In this document: positions 1 to 12,151 of the stretch, one piece after another
Numbering within the stretch: the first letter of the stretch is position 1
Layout: every line of letters starts with the position of its first letter
NCBI RefSeq assembly: GCF_006345805.1
Contig: NC_042997.1
Span: 162,688,001 to 162,752,000, forward strand
Length of the DNA stretch: 64,000 bases
DNA from: Octopus sinensis
Taxonomy: Eukaryota
Direction of reading: 5' to 3'
Notes under the pieces: generated by a model
What the model saw: the letters and a program-made list of their open reading frames with translations, nothing else
Database searches by the model: none
What the model was told of the DNA's origin: nothing
Made by a program: the position numbers and the translations under genes

Positions 1-72
1 AGCAAGTAAATTTCTTTCAAACTACACCCTGTTATCTTTAAATAAAAATTATAATCCGTAATACATAGGTTA

Positions 73-706
73 TACGTAAAAAGCACTATCCGACTCGGGG
101 CCGTGGCACGTAAAATACTCCAATGCGACCGTACGACAGGCACCCATGCCAACCCCCTTTGCTTGTGAAGACATGTTGGGGCAAGCGAAATCGAAGTCGA
201 ATTGAACCAGCCAGGATCCCTGGTCTGGTGGTACGTAAAAAGCACTATCCGACTCGTGGCCGTGGCACGTAAAATACTCCAATGCGACCGTACGACAGGC
301 ACCCTTGCCAACCCCCTTTGCTTGTGAAGACATGTTGGGGCAAGCGAAATCGAAATCGAATTGAACCAGCCAGGATCCCTGGTCTGGTGGTACGTAAAAA
401 GCACTATCCGACTCGTGGCCGATGCAGCACCGCCTCGACTGGCTTCCGTGCCGGTGGTACATAAAATACACCAATCTGACCGTGGCCGTTGCCAGCCCCG
501 CCTGGCACCTGTGCAGGTGGCACGTAAAAAGCACCCACTACACTCACGGAGTGGTTGGCGTTAGGAAGGGCATCCAGCTGTAGAAACATTGCCAAATTAG
601 ACTGGAGCCTGGTGCAGCCTTCTGGCTTCCCAGAACCCCGGTCGAACCGTCCAACCCATGCTAGCATGGAGAACGGACGTTAAACGACGATGATGATGAT
701 GATGAT
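73..706 (+). mobile_element. 5'-truncated RTE-type LINE 3' UTR (or RTE-dependent SINE) with internal 159-bp tandem duplication and (GAT)n tail
   Basis: TACGTAAAAAGCACTATCCGACTCG recurs at 73, 232 and 391. The 3' part (GGAAGGGCATCCAGCTGTAGAAAC...CCAACCCATGCTAGCATGGA...GATGATGAT) matches the UTR attached to the RTE ORF remnants at 3.7 and 5.4 kb. Confidence 0.75.
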
Positions 707-713
707 AAGAACA

Positions 714-1095
714 GACAAGCACACATACGCAAATGGAGACTGAAACATACTTTACTGCACACAAGGACACATATGGAGACATGCACATATAGAGATGCAC
801 ATCCATACATACAAACATGGTACATAGTTGCAAAACACACACACACACATAAGGAGACAGAGGTGCATAGAGATACAAACACATGCTCACACACATACAT
901 AGAAAATACACAAACACAGACATGCAAGCACATGAATATGCAAAATACATACATAGAGATGCACACACATACATATATACATATGCATACACACACATAT
1001 ATACATACACATGCATACATACATACATACATACACACATACATACATATGTACACACACACTGACCAACACACATGCGCACAAACAAACAAACA
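714..1095. repeat. degenerate (CA)/(TACA) microsatellite region
   Basis: Interrupted ACAC/ATAC runs; source of the HTHT/VCVC ORFs. Confidence 0.9.
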
Positions 1096-1109
1096 AAAAT
1101 AATGGCCAG

Positions 1110-1265
1110 TCAAGACTACTGAAAAGGTTGCAAGATGCAATGAAAATTTTAGGAAAATAAAAATTAAGAAATATGTGGAAGTTTTACCAGTGATTGTGTT
1201 AAATTATAAGGCACAAAAAGAAAATGACTCTCCCCAGACAAAAACAGAATATAATCCATAATATA
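1110..1265. mobile_element. fragment of an interspersed repeat (probable Penelope-like terminus)
   Basis: AAGGTTGCAAGATGCAA...TTAAATTATAAGGCACAAAAAGAAAATGACTCTCCCCAGAC is a reverse-complement homologue of 33990-34120. Confidence 0.55.
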
Positions 1266-2353
1266 TGAGAAAAAGAAAGACATGATAATCATGATTGTAA
1301 TGCTTTTGATAATGGTCTGTTCAGTCAGGACTGACTTGGGGTTAAAAAAACAGTAAATGAATTTACAAAAAAAGACAAGATATTCACAACTGGAATATGC
1401 ATTTGATTTTTTGTCTGTTCAGTTATGACCAAACTGAAGTTTATCAACAACAGTTGCTTATTTGGCAAACATTTCTTCTTTAGACAGGATTTTATAAACA
1501 GAACTAGGAAAAAGTTAACCAGTTTGACCTACCTAAATTCTAACAGTAATAAATTTCTCCCCATTCACAAAAGAAGTTTTGAAACTCAGTGAAAAAGGAC
1601 ATATCTTATATACAACATTTGTCTTGAATGACATCAGTGAAACAGTATTCTTTCCAATGTTCTTTGAGAACTTTATTTATTACTTGTTCCATTTAAATGT
1701 ACCTGATATATAAGAGAATGTTTCTAATCTATGACTGGTTAACCCAGAGCACACAGTTTGTTGTACTGTAAACCACTTTCCTGCTTGATGCCATTTGGAG
1801 GATTTACTCTTTGTGTCATTATAAGAAAGAAAAGTTGTCTGTGTTTCCACGTAAATAACATAGTTAAGCAACAGTAGTATCAACTTTATTTTAGTTTAGT
1901 TCTTGTATTAAGAAATGTTCATCTTGAAATATTTACCCTAACAGCTTGTAGAATTGAATTTATTTAAGCCTTTCACTCAAGTCATAAAAAAGAAATAGAA
2001 TTGTTATTATATTTTGGTTATTTCTGTTATTGTTTAATCCCTGGTCAATCCTGTTGAATCAGATCTTTAATCAAAGGTATTACAGTTGTGAACGTCTGCA
2101 TTTTTGTTTTTCTCATTTTGTTTTTCTTCAGATATAGTAGATCTAGGACTACAGTCTCCAATGTTCATTTTCTTTAAAGATGGTTGAGCATGATTTGAGG
2201 AAGATTTGGCTGCTATTTCCACTAGATTGAATAACTATATAGAAGGTTCTTTGTTGACTTTATTGCTTATATCAGTGGTTCCCAACTTTTTCACTACCAA
2301 GGACCCCTTTTATTTAAATGAGTTTTCCCACAGATCCCTTTTAATATGCTTAT

Positions 2354-2404
<51 letters not shown>

Positions 2405-2406
<2 letters not shown>

Positions 2407-2625
2407 GTGCATTAGTTTGATGCTCAGGAAGGTGAGAAAGTCTTTTATGTTTCGAGCCTATACTCTTCAACAGAAAGGAACACGATGAAATAAACAGAGA
2501 GAAAATAATTGACCGCTAACTCCAAAATTTTTTTATTCTCTCTGTTTATTTCCTTTCTGTTGAAGAGCATAGGCTCGAAACATAAAAGACTTTCTCACCT
2601 TCCCAAGCGTCAAACTAATACACCT
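2405..2625. mobile_element. palindromic Penelope-like terminal element inserted in (TA)n; each arm has a hammerhead-like motif
   Basis: Arms ~2405-2507 and ~2532-2625 are reverse complements; CTGTTGAAGAGCATAGGCTCGAAACATAAAAG at 2557-2588 with a mirror copy at 2442-2477. Confidence 0.7.
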
Positions 2626-2643
2626 GCTTATATATATATATAT

Positions 2644-3011
2644 AGGTGCAGGAGTGGCTGTGTGCTAAGTAGCTTGCTTACCAACCACATAGTTCTTAGT
2701 TCAGTCCCACTGCATGGCACCTTGGGCAAGTGTCTTCTTCTATAGCCTCAAGTTGATCAAAGCCTTGTGAGTGGATTTGGTAGATGGAAACTGAAAGAAG
2801 CCTGTCGTGTGTGTGTGTGTGTTTGTCCCACCACCATTGCTTGACAACCGATGTTGGTGTGTTTACGTCCCCGAGAAACTTAGCAATTCGGTAAAAGACA
2901 CCGATAGAATAAGTACTAGGCTTACAAAGAATAAGTTTTGGGGTCGATTTGTTTGACTAAAGGTGGTACTCCAGCATTGCTGCAGTCAAATGACTGAAAC
3001 TAATAAAAGAA
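2644..3011 (+). mobile_element. tRNA-derived SINE family A (CORE-like motif, internal microsatellite)
   Basis: Head GCAGGAGTGGCTGTGTG..AAGTAGCTTGC, CCTTGGGCAAGTG, internal (GT)n, tail GCAGTCAAATGACTGAAAC..TAAAAGA; CpGs decayed relative to the 49255 copy. Confidence 0.85.
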
Positions 3012-3694
3012 TGTGAAATTTTGAATTTAGTTGACAGACCCCCAGTACTACCTTTGCGGACCACCAGAGGTCTGCAGATCATAGGTTGGGAACCACTGGC
3101 TTTTATGGTAATTTACACAATCCCACTTTAGTTACTATCACTTGAATATGACATAACAAACTGCACTGATTGCTTTCAAAATTGGCATAATGGCATCAAG
3201 ATGATTTTCACTGTTTTTTCTGACAAATGCAATACCCAAGAATCTGAGAAACTAGCACTCCACCTCCAATAAAATCCATTGTATATTGTTCCTATATGAA
3301 TAACAGTCTATGCCCAATCACTAAAGTTTTCAGTCTAATAAGGAAGCCTCTATGTAGTCATTTGACATGCTAGAAATAGTAGTAAAAGCTCCTTCATGTT
3401 GCATCCTACTATCTTGACCCCCAGTGCCAAAAAAAACACAAACTGGAAGACAATGAACCAATGAAAGTGCCTGCAGACCTACTGGAAATAACAGCCAATC
3501 TTTCCTTAAACCATATTTTAATGTCTTGAAGACAGAAAGGACATATCAGATAATATAATCTTAGATAGCTCTAAAAAGATGTGATGGCAAGGCAGGGGTG
3601 TCTTTGATCATGGTTCTTCTCAGTCAACTCTGAGCACCTATTTCCTTTCATAAATCATCAATCATTTCCATCATTTACTCCCTACCACCACCAC

Positions 3695-4250
3695 CATCAT
3701 CATCATCATCATTTGCTATCTGCTTTCCATGCTGGCATGGGTTGGATGGTTTGACATGCAGCTGGCTAGCAGGGAGCTGTCCAGATTCCAGCTGTCTGTT
3801 GTGGCATGGTTTCTACAGCTGGATGCCCTTTCTAAAGCCAAACAGTGTGCTGGGTGCTTCTCACATGTCATGGGTACACTAGCACAGCACTGGCATGGGT
3901 GCTTTTGAAATGGTACCAGCACCTGAAGGACAAGCCTGTATGTGTGGAAGACAGCAATGTCGCTTAGCTTGATGCATCTTATCAAGTACAGCAAATTGCC
4001 ATATCTGGTCCCTTGTCATTTCTTCATTGAGGTTCAGTGTCCAAAGACCCTTTCTCACCACTTCATCCCATGTCTTCCTGGGTCTACCTCGTCCACAGGT
4101 ACCCTCCACAAAGCTCGACACTTCTTTATGCAGCTGTCCTCATCCATACGCATCATAATTGTTTTTCTAAACATTTCCTTAATAAATCCTCTTCTAGAGG
4201 TACTACCCTCATTTTTACAATGTCAAAGCCTATATGTCACTTACTGATTT
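3695..4250 (-). mobile_element. RTE-clade LINE 3' fragment
   Basis: Minus-strand ORF remnant VEGTCGRGRPRKTWDEVVRKGL, typical of RTE ORF C-termini, followed by the shared UTR and (GAT)n tail (CAT repeats on +). Confidence 0.8.
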
Positions 4251-4366
4251 GATTATATAATACTAAACCACATATTGGTATTTCCATTTTCCTTTAGAAT
4301 TCATTGCCTCCTTAGTGTCTTTTACAGTGCCTAGTTCATTAATGTTTTCTCAATCCTACATATCTA

Positions 4367-4588
4367 CAGTAATCTCTCAACTATCGTAGGTGTTGTGTTC
4401 CAAAACCCCCCGCGATAGGTGAAAGTCTGCGAAGTAGAAACAGTACTGTACTGTATATTTTTTATTATTTTTATAATTTGTATATATTTATTTTATTATA
4501 AATGCAAAGCAACACCACGGAGGAATTGATGTAAGCTTAAATAATAAACTGCGATAGGTGAACCGCGATATGGCAAGGGATTACTCTG
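4367..4588. mobile_element. pogo/Tigger-type MITE
   Basis: TA|CAGTAATCTCTC...GGGATTACT ends; internal CCGCGATAGGTGAA occurs twice (subterminal motif). Confidence 0.65.
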
Positions 4589-5419
4589 ATGAAATATATT
4601 GTCTATCTGTTTGAATTAATTTTGAAAATAATCAACAATTTTCAAGGATTTAATAAAATAATTTTATCATTATTAAAGGTAGTGTTTGTAATGACTAAAA
4701 GTTTTAATTTATATACGAATACCTTAAACGTTTTCTATCATTGAATCAGGAATGTTGGTGATTTTGGAGAGATTGATATCAAAGATGAAGTAATATTTAC
4801 AGCCATTTTTTTAGGCATTGAAGGAAACAAATCAATAGCTGTGAGCTTAGTTCCTCATTTTGGGAACTACGGTAGAGTTAGCTGTACTCATTAATGATGT
4901 ACTTTCATCATCATCATCTTCTTCATCCCTACTAATCTTTATTCATCATTCGTTTACTAAATATCATTTAGATCAATCAGTTCTTTTTATTGTAATGATG
5001 TAGTTATATATATATATATTGCTTATTGTTCCTCTTTTTGCTTTCTTTTCCATTCTTTATTTTGTTCTACTCTATTTTTTTGGTTTCTCGCAATTCTCGT
5101 GACTTCCCTTGCTTGTTTTTTATGACTTTCCAAGCATATTTTTTTGCATCTCTTTACTTTCCTGAATCGAATATTTTCTCCAACTAACATCATTCAACTG
5201 TTACAGTATTTTACCAGTGAACACTCAATAAATTAGTATCATAGTCCTTACAGATCTCTCCTACTTATGTGTACTTCTTCCTGACTGTCTATATCACACT
5301 CTTTTGCTCTCCTACCATCCTTAATCTTCTTTTCTTCTCTTACCTTTCTCTCCTCTCTCTGTTTCTCCCTCTCTCTCTATGTCTCCTATTTTCCTATCCC
5401 CAACAATCATCTATATATT

Positions 5420-6500
5420 ATCATCATCATTTAATGTCTGCTGTTCATGCTAGCATGGGTTGGATGATTTGACCAGGCTGGCATACTGGAAGGATGCACC
5501 AAACTACAGTCTGATTTGGCATGGTTTTCAATGGCTGGATGCCCTTCCTAATGCCAACCACTCTGAGAGTGTAATGGGTGCTTTTATTAACCACTGACTT
5601 GGGTGCCATTTGTGTGACACTGGTTTCTGCCACGACTGCAATTTTGCTCAGCTTGGTGGGTCATCTCAAGCATGATATAATGCCAAAGGTCCCGGTCATT
5701 GCCTCCATGAGGCCCAACACACAAAAGGAACTCAGCCACTTTGCCTCCTTGAGGCCCAACACTCAAAAGGAACTCAGCCACTTTGCCTCCAAGAGGCCTG
5801 AGGCCCAATGCTCGAAAGGAACTCAGCCACTTTGCCTCTGGGAGGCCCAATGCTTGAAAGGTGTTCTTTATGTGCCACCAGCACGGATGCCAGTTACCGC
5901 GACTATGATTTCACTTTGGCTTGACGGGTCTTCTGAAGCACAGCACATCACCAAAGGTCTCGGTCACCAGTCATTACCTTTCTGATGCTCAAGTTCGAAG
6001 ATCATGCTTCACCACCTTGTCATGTCTTCCTGGGTTTACCTCTGTCACAGGTTCCCTCCACAGTTAGAGATTGGCACTTCTTTATACAGCTGTCCTCCTC
6101 CATATGCATCACATAACCATACCAGCACAGTTGTCTTTCTTGCACACCACATCTGATACCACTTATGCTTAACTTTTCTCTCAAGATGCTTACACTCTGT
6201 CAAATATGCACACTGACATTGCACATCCAGTGAAGCTTACTGGCTCCATTTCTTTCAAGCGTACATATGTTCTTGGGTGTCACAGCCCATGTTTCACTGC
6301 CATACAACATAACTGTTTGCACACAGGCATCAAACAATCTACCTTTCACTCTGAGAGAGAGGCCCTTTGTTGCCAGAAGGGGTAGGAGCCCTCTAAACTT
6401 TGCCCAGCCTAATTTTATTCTCACAACTACACTCTCAAAGCATCCACCTCCACTACTAACTTGGTTACCTAGATAACGGAGGCTATCTACTACCCCTGTT
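5420..6500 (-). pseudogene. RTE-clade LINE, 5'-truncated: reverse transcriptase C-terminal region plus 3' UTR
   Basis: ORF 6200-6553 contains RYLG..SGGGCFESVVVRIKLGWAKFRGLLPLL..KGRLFDACVQTVMLYGSETW, characteristic of RTE RT C-terminal motifs; 42-bp tandem at 5701-5850; CAT tail at 5420-5430. Confidence 0.88.
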
Positions 6501-6510
6501 AACCTTCTTG

Positions 6511-6542
<32 letters not shown>

Positions 6543-6552
6543 CACACACACA

Positions 6553-6730
6553 TAAGGCAGTGCTGAAAAGTTCGTGACTTTAAGGGTGTCGCAAAAGGCC
6601 TGGTTGAAGACCCAAACTTCCGAGTTCTTTTACGGCACTTAGGAAAACTGAAGGACCACTGCAGTAAGTGTGTGAATCTGAGAGGTGAATATGTTAAATA
6701 AAATCATAATTAACTGATCCTCTTGTATAT
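6553..6730 (+). mobile_element. internally deleted mariner remnant
   Basis: TIR-like GTGCTGAAAAGTTC; TGCAGTAAGTGTGTGAATCTGAGAGGTGAATATGTTAAATAA = CSKCVNLRGEYVK*, resembling the mariner transposase C-terminus. Confidence 0.6.
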
Positions 6731-6734
6731 TCTA

Positions 6735-6903
6735 CCTGTTTTATGTTCAAACTGGTCAGATCCAGCCTCTTACACCTACGCTACAATATTGTTCTAAAAA
6801 TAAACAATTACACTTAAATCTTGAAGCTACGAAATAATACAAGATCAATTATGGATAAATAAGCATTACATTTGACAGAGTGATCTGAATGCTAAAGGGT
6901 TAA
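6735..6903 (-). mobile_element. piggyBac-type (TTAA) MITE, partial
   Basis: Ends AATGCTAAAGGG|TTAA; body is the reverse complement of the 22903-23100 element. Confidence 0.7.
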
Positions 6904-7589
6904 ATTGATTATCATTTGAGGTAGCTTCTACATAGTAAGTTGTGCTGCTAAAAATAGCAGTGATATCTCTCTCATCTTGAAAAAAGAAAGGACATGTTAG
7001 ATAATGTAGTCTTAAATCCACTTAAAAGAAGAATGAGTTGGTCTTGGCATTCCATTTGTAAATGCTTTGACCAACCCATCAATTTAAATTTGTGAGCATG
7101 TTTTATTTCCCAATTTAAATTGGTTGGAAAAAGAAAAAAAAAACAAATTTCTGTTACTTTCAACACCCTCTTATCCTCTCTGGTCTTCCACCCACAACTT
7201 CCACACCTCTCCAACCACATCTATTTTCTCCCTTTCATGTTATGTCTCTCTCCACCCCGGCCACCCTTATAATGTGGGATAGTGCCGGATCCCTCCACCT
7301 CTACACAATCTACCTCATCATCCTTACTATTCTATCCCTTCTTTTCTCACTAACCTCTGACGCTAATCCCTTCCCTATCCCCTTTCATTCTATAGTTCCT
7401 CCCCCAGTAGTGGCTGCTCTATTACCTTCTCTACTACCTCTCACAATTATAAATCCACTCCTTTCATACTTCACCTTCTTTCATTATGATGTCTAAAATC
7501 CTCACACACACACACACTCTCTCTCTCCTATTTTTTGTTAAATGATAGAAGCCCCTTTAGGCCCTTTATTTTTGCAAGTTTCAAGGTGA

Positions 7590-7795
7590 CCTTGCTAATG
7601 ATGATGCCACTAAAAAAAATCCAGTACATTTTGTAAAGTGGTTGGTGTTTGGAAGGGCATCCAGCTAAAGAAATTATGCCGAAACAGACATTGGAGCCCA
7701 TTGCAGTTCTTTGACTCATTGGATCCTGTTAAGCTGTCTAACTCATGCTAGCATGGAAAATAGACAGTAACTAATGATAATAATGATGATGATGG
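7590..7795 (+). mobile_element. RTE 3' UTR fragment
   Basis: TGGTTGGTGTTTGGAAGGGCATCCAGCT...CATGCTAGCATGGAAAATAGAC...GATGATGATG. Confidence 0.65.
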
Positions 7796-9232
7796 GGGTG
7801 GGGGTGGAGGTGCTGGTGGTGGTGATCCATTTTTTTTTTTAGTTTCCTTTCTACTCTTTTAAAAAAGTTTAAAGTATTACATCATTTTCCTTCCTCTTAT
7901 AAATTTGACTCTGAATATGAGAAAAATTTCTGTTTATAAAGTTATGCCCTTGTATTGCTTTTGGTTTGATTTCTTCTACTTTATATATCTTACATGTTCA
8001 TTAAAATCTACAACTGTAGTTAAAAATTTCTATTAAATTTGCCAACTCATTATTTGTGTCTGGCATCACTACTGCTGCTTTCACATCTCCAGCTTGTTCC
8101 CATCTGCATTTTGCATGCATAATTTCCCTATTTAAGTTTTGCTTTATTGGCAGTTGCACATTTCTCCTAATCTTAATGCATGTAGCAAATTACATTAACT
8201 GTTGCCATGAGAGATGAGACTAGATGTGAAACGGCAGAGCTTATGAAGTTAGCACAAATTGTATATGCCATCAGGTGGTCTTGAATATAATTACTGCAAG
8301 CAAACATTGCACCAACAGTGATTGTACTAATGTTAATATCAGGGGAAAGGTGGAGGACACAAGCCCTTTACTGTCTTATTTGTAATACAATTTACCAAAT
8401 CTGATTTCTCTAAGTGGTTGAGGCAACATTAATTCTCATTTGGTAAATGGAGTTGAGAGAGAAAGTTTAGCTTCACAGCATAGGTGGTTTGGTGAAGTGG
8501 GGTGGAGTGGTTGGGCTGTGAAGAAGTGAGCAGATGCTATTCTGTGTGCCAGCTCCTAAATAACATGGCTAGGTGGACAAGGAAAGGGACTGATATTCAA
8601 ATTGACGGAAGGTTTGTTAGAATACGAATGCAAGAGTTGGTGGGGGTGGAGGCAAAGGGTAAACCATTTTAAGACTGGCTGTATACATCCTTTTCTTGAT
8701 CATGCTTGTTTTTGCTTCAACTACTGTTTGTCTTGTACACAAAGGTGCCTTTTGATTATATTCAATGCTGATTCCATTTCCACAGCAGAATGAACGAGAT
8801 TAAGATACCTCACGGCTCTTGTTGGTGTTGGGGGTCCTGTATTCTTTGAACTGTTAATGTTTATGTTTAAAACTAGAGAGAGAGAGAGAGACATGCAAAT
8901 AAAAAGAAAGATAGAAAGATGCAGAGATAGAGGGTTGAATATTAAAAGGAAAGGAAACGGCATTGTACAATGTTTGTCAGAACAGCAGCCAGAGTATTCT
9001 AATTGAGTGACACCAACTTATGGACACAGCCAATTTACTACTGATGGGCAACATCTACAGGGGAAAGACCTTTTGTCTTCAGGTCATGAACTAAAAATTT
9101 ACACTATCTAAATATTTTTCATTTATTTTCTGGTATGAATAGTCAATTCTTGTAATCACTCACCCCCACTACCTGTCTCTCCTCTTTCCTCCTCTTTAGT
9201 CTCATTTCTTTCCTTTTGATTTTTTATCTTTT

Positions 9233-9268
<36 letters not shown>

Positions 9269-9845
9269 CTACTGTTTTTACTTTCAACTCAACAGTTTCT
9301 TATTAGATTTACTCTCATTAGCTACAGTTTTCTTCCCATCTGTGACTTGTCATTTTATTTCTTTTACCTTGTATTTTTTCTATTTTAATATTTTTATTTT
9401 GTTCTTACCTGTAGTAGTTCTCTGTAACTTTAAGTTTTGTTGCCTCTAAATATTGTTACACTCTTCAAAAGCCATTATTAAGATTGGAAACATTGGACAA
9501 TGCCTCGCAGTGATATACTGAATGAATTTTATATATGAATGTATTTAACTTTGCCATTCAAAAATTTATAGTTTAAATTCAAATTTAGAAGAAAAAAAAA
9601 CCTGAGCTTAACTTCATAATCATCATCATTATCGTAATAATAATAATAATAATGCTTACTTTTCCATGCTTGCATGGATAGACTGAATTTCTTGCCATTC
9701 CTCATTTGTTTTCAAGCCAGGCAATATTTCCTCATGCTCAAACATGTTTCCCACAGGATTTTCGAAACAAATAACATTACTTAAGTGATAGCGATACAGT
9801 TTTACAGCCATCAGTTGATGTCAAGTCAAGGATACGTACACAAAA

Positions 9846-10368
9846 ATACATGTACGTACGTACATACGTACATACATTACGTGCATGCATGGATGAGAAT
9901 CTGGATAAACTGGGATTTTCAGAAAGAGAAATTGACTGGCTAATTTGTACATTACAAGTGCAATCTGTGAGTGGAACAGTAAAAATATGCAAGACTATTC
10001 TCAAGTTCCAAATGTGAATCTGTCTGTATTAACTACATCTCAAAGATGGAGCCTTATATCTTTGTTGGAAACTAGCTCCCTCATCAGTGGAAGATTTATA
10101 ATGATTAAAAAATAGAAGAGACAGATTGGCCCAAGTATATAGTAGAAGACAGTTTATCCAGATTCTCATGCATGTAATGTATGTAATGTAATGTATGTAT
10201 GTATGTATGTATGTATGTATGTATGTATGTATGTATGTATGTATGTATGTATGTATGTATGTATGTATGTATGTATGTATGTATGTATGTATGTATGTAT
10301 GTATGTATGTATGTATGTATGTATGTATGTATGTATGTATGTATGTATGTATGTATGTATGTATGTAC
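9846..10368. mobile_element. inverted-repeat element whose arms include TACA/TGTA microsatellite
   Basis: ATGAGAATCTGGATAAACTG (9893-9912) is the exact reverse complement of 10150-10169; TACA-type repeats lie outside on the left and (TATG)n on the right. Confidence 0.55.
10191..10367. repeat. perfect (TATG)n tetranucleotide microsatellite
   Basis: Uninterrupted ATGT array of ~175 bp. Confidence 0.97.
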
Positions 10369-10627
10369 TGGATTTGGTTAAAAAGAGACGATGAGCAATG
10401 GTTAGAAGAATATTGAGTGAAACCTGGTAACCAGTTGATCTAGCAAGTGGTGCCTCATTTCATTGAGGGAGGCCAGTGCACATTGATGCCGTCAAGAGGT
10501 AGGCCCTGAAAAGGTGCACATTCTCTCCTGATGACCCCATAAACTTGATAGCATCCAGTATGCAGAGCTTTCAGCTGGTAGCACTTACATCTGCAAGTTG
10601 TTTGCAAAGAATCTGAAAAATGAAAAT

Positions 10628-10905
10628 CATCATCATCGTTTAACATCTGCTTTCCATGCTAGCATGGGTTGGATGATTTGACTGAGGACTGGTGAACCAG
10701 ATAGCTATACCAGGCTCCAGTCTTGATCTGGCAGAGTTTCTACAGCTGGATGCCCTTCCTAACGCCAACCACTCTGAGATTATAGTGGATGCTTTTACAT
10801 GCCACTGGCATGAGGGCCAGTCAGGCGGTACTGGCAATGGCCGTGCCCAAATGCTTTTTTTTTTATGTACCACCTGCACACCGGCACAAGTGCCTGTAAG
10901 GCAAT
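10628..10905 (-). mobile_element. RTE 3' UTR fragment
   Basis: CATCATCATCGTTTAAC...CATGCTAGCATGGGTTGGA...CAGCTGGATGCCCTTCCTAACGCCAACC. Confidence 0.75.
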
Positions 10906-11123
10906 GCTGAAATCTTATTGTATAAAGACATTCCCATAATTTGGTGTGCATTTTGAAGGTAAATCATTTTCACTAATACCTCACTTTTTCTGGTTTTATG
11001 AGCTTTTATACGTTTTATTTTCAGTTTACAAGTTTTATTTCCTGTTTACAAGTTTTTGTTTTACGAGTGCTTTCCCAGAAACGAATTGACTCATTTGTCA
11101 AGGCATTACTGTATATTGTTAAA

Positions 11124-11378
11124 TCTATATATATATATAAACGGCAAAATGTCTGTGTGTGTGTCCTTTATACAAATCTACAATATTTCAGTTAGAGGGC
11201 TCGCACTTTCTATGGTCATTCAAAACCACCCAAGGGTGGTCGTGCACATCTTTACATTTCCCCAGTCACCCAGCAAAGCCATTGAAAATCAATAGAAGTG
11301 ACTTTTTTGTGAATTTTCTATCCAAAACCCAATCAAAATGCCTGAAAGTTGATACGCGTTGCCGGGTCATAGTGCTAG
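11124..11378 (+). mobile_element. non-autonomous Helitron
   Basis: A|TCTATATATATATAAA at the 5' end; GC-rich ACGCGTTGCCGGG near the 3' end, then GTGCTAG|T; sits in an AT target with no TSD. Confidence 0.7.
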
Positions 11379-11904
11379 TTTAACTATATATTCTGATGTT
11401 CTGACCATTTCATCGCATCCTTTCTTGTTTTGAACTTTACATTAACACTGTAAACATATAAAGATGGAAGCATGGCAGTGTAGTAAGAAGTTTGCTTCTC
11501 AGCTACCTGATCTTGGGTCCAGGCTAACTAAAGCTTTGTGAGTGGATTTGATAAAAGATATTACAGATCACACTTGAAAGTATAATGTGGCCATGCTGGG
11601 GTTCTGCCTTGAAAAGTTTTAGTTAAGCAAATTGACCTTAGTACTTACTATTTTTTAAGCCTGGTACTTATTCTATTGGACTCTTTTACTGAGCTGTTAA
11701 GTTATGGGGACATAAATACACTGTGGGGTGGTTCATTTTAGGAAGGGCATCCAGCCATAAAAACCATGCCAAAACAGATATAGTAGTCTGGTGTGGTCTT
11801 CTATCTGGCTTTCTCCTGTCAAACCATGCAACCCATGCCTGCATGAAAGGCAGGCATTGAATGATGATGATGATGATGACAGACAAAGCTACAGACACAC
11901 CATC

Positions 11905-12114
11905 ATATAGTCTTTTATTCTTTCTTTTTTTACTTGTTTCAGTCATTTGACCATACTGGAGCACCCCCTTTAGTCGAACAGACCGACCCAAGGACTTATT
12001 CTGTTGGTCTCTTTTGCCGAATTGCTAAGTTATGGTGACATAAACACACCAGCATCGGTTCTCAAACAATGGTGGTGAGTGGACAAACACAGACACACAC
12101 ACACATACACACAC

Positions 12115-12151
<37 letters not shown>

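Larger units (their letters stand above)
2273..3098. mobile_element. hAT (Charlie/MER5-like) MITE carrying nested insertions
   Basis: TIRs CAGTGGTTCCCAAC / GTTGGGAACCACTG; flanking 8-mers GCTTATAT and GCTTTTAT match at 7/8, the TSD size expected for hAT. Confidence 0.85.

Noticed and set aside
7071-7128. Imperfect hairpin around AATTTAAATT
   Set aside because: AT-only self-complementary motif with a bulge; expected by chance in such AT-rich DNA.
9409-9445. Minus-strand 37-nt exon-like segment (ATKLKVTENYY)
   Set aside because: Weak pyrimidine tract, frame-shifting length and an unrecognised peptide.
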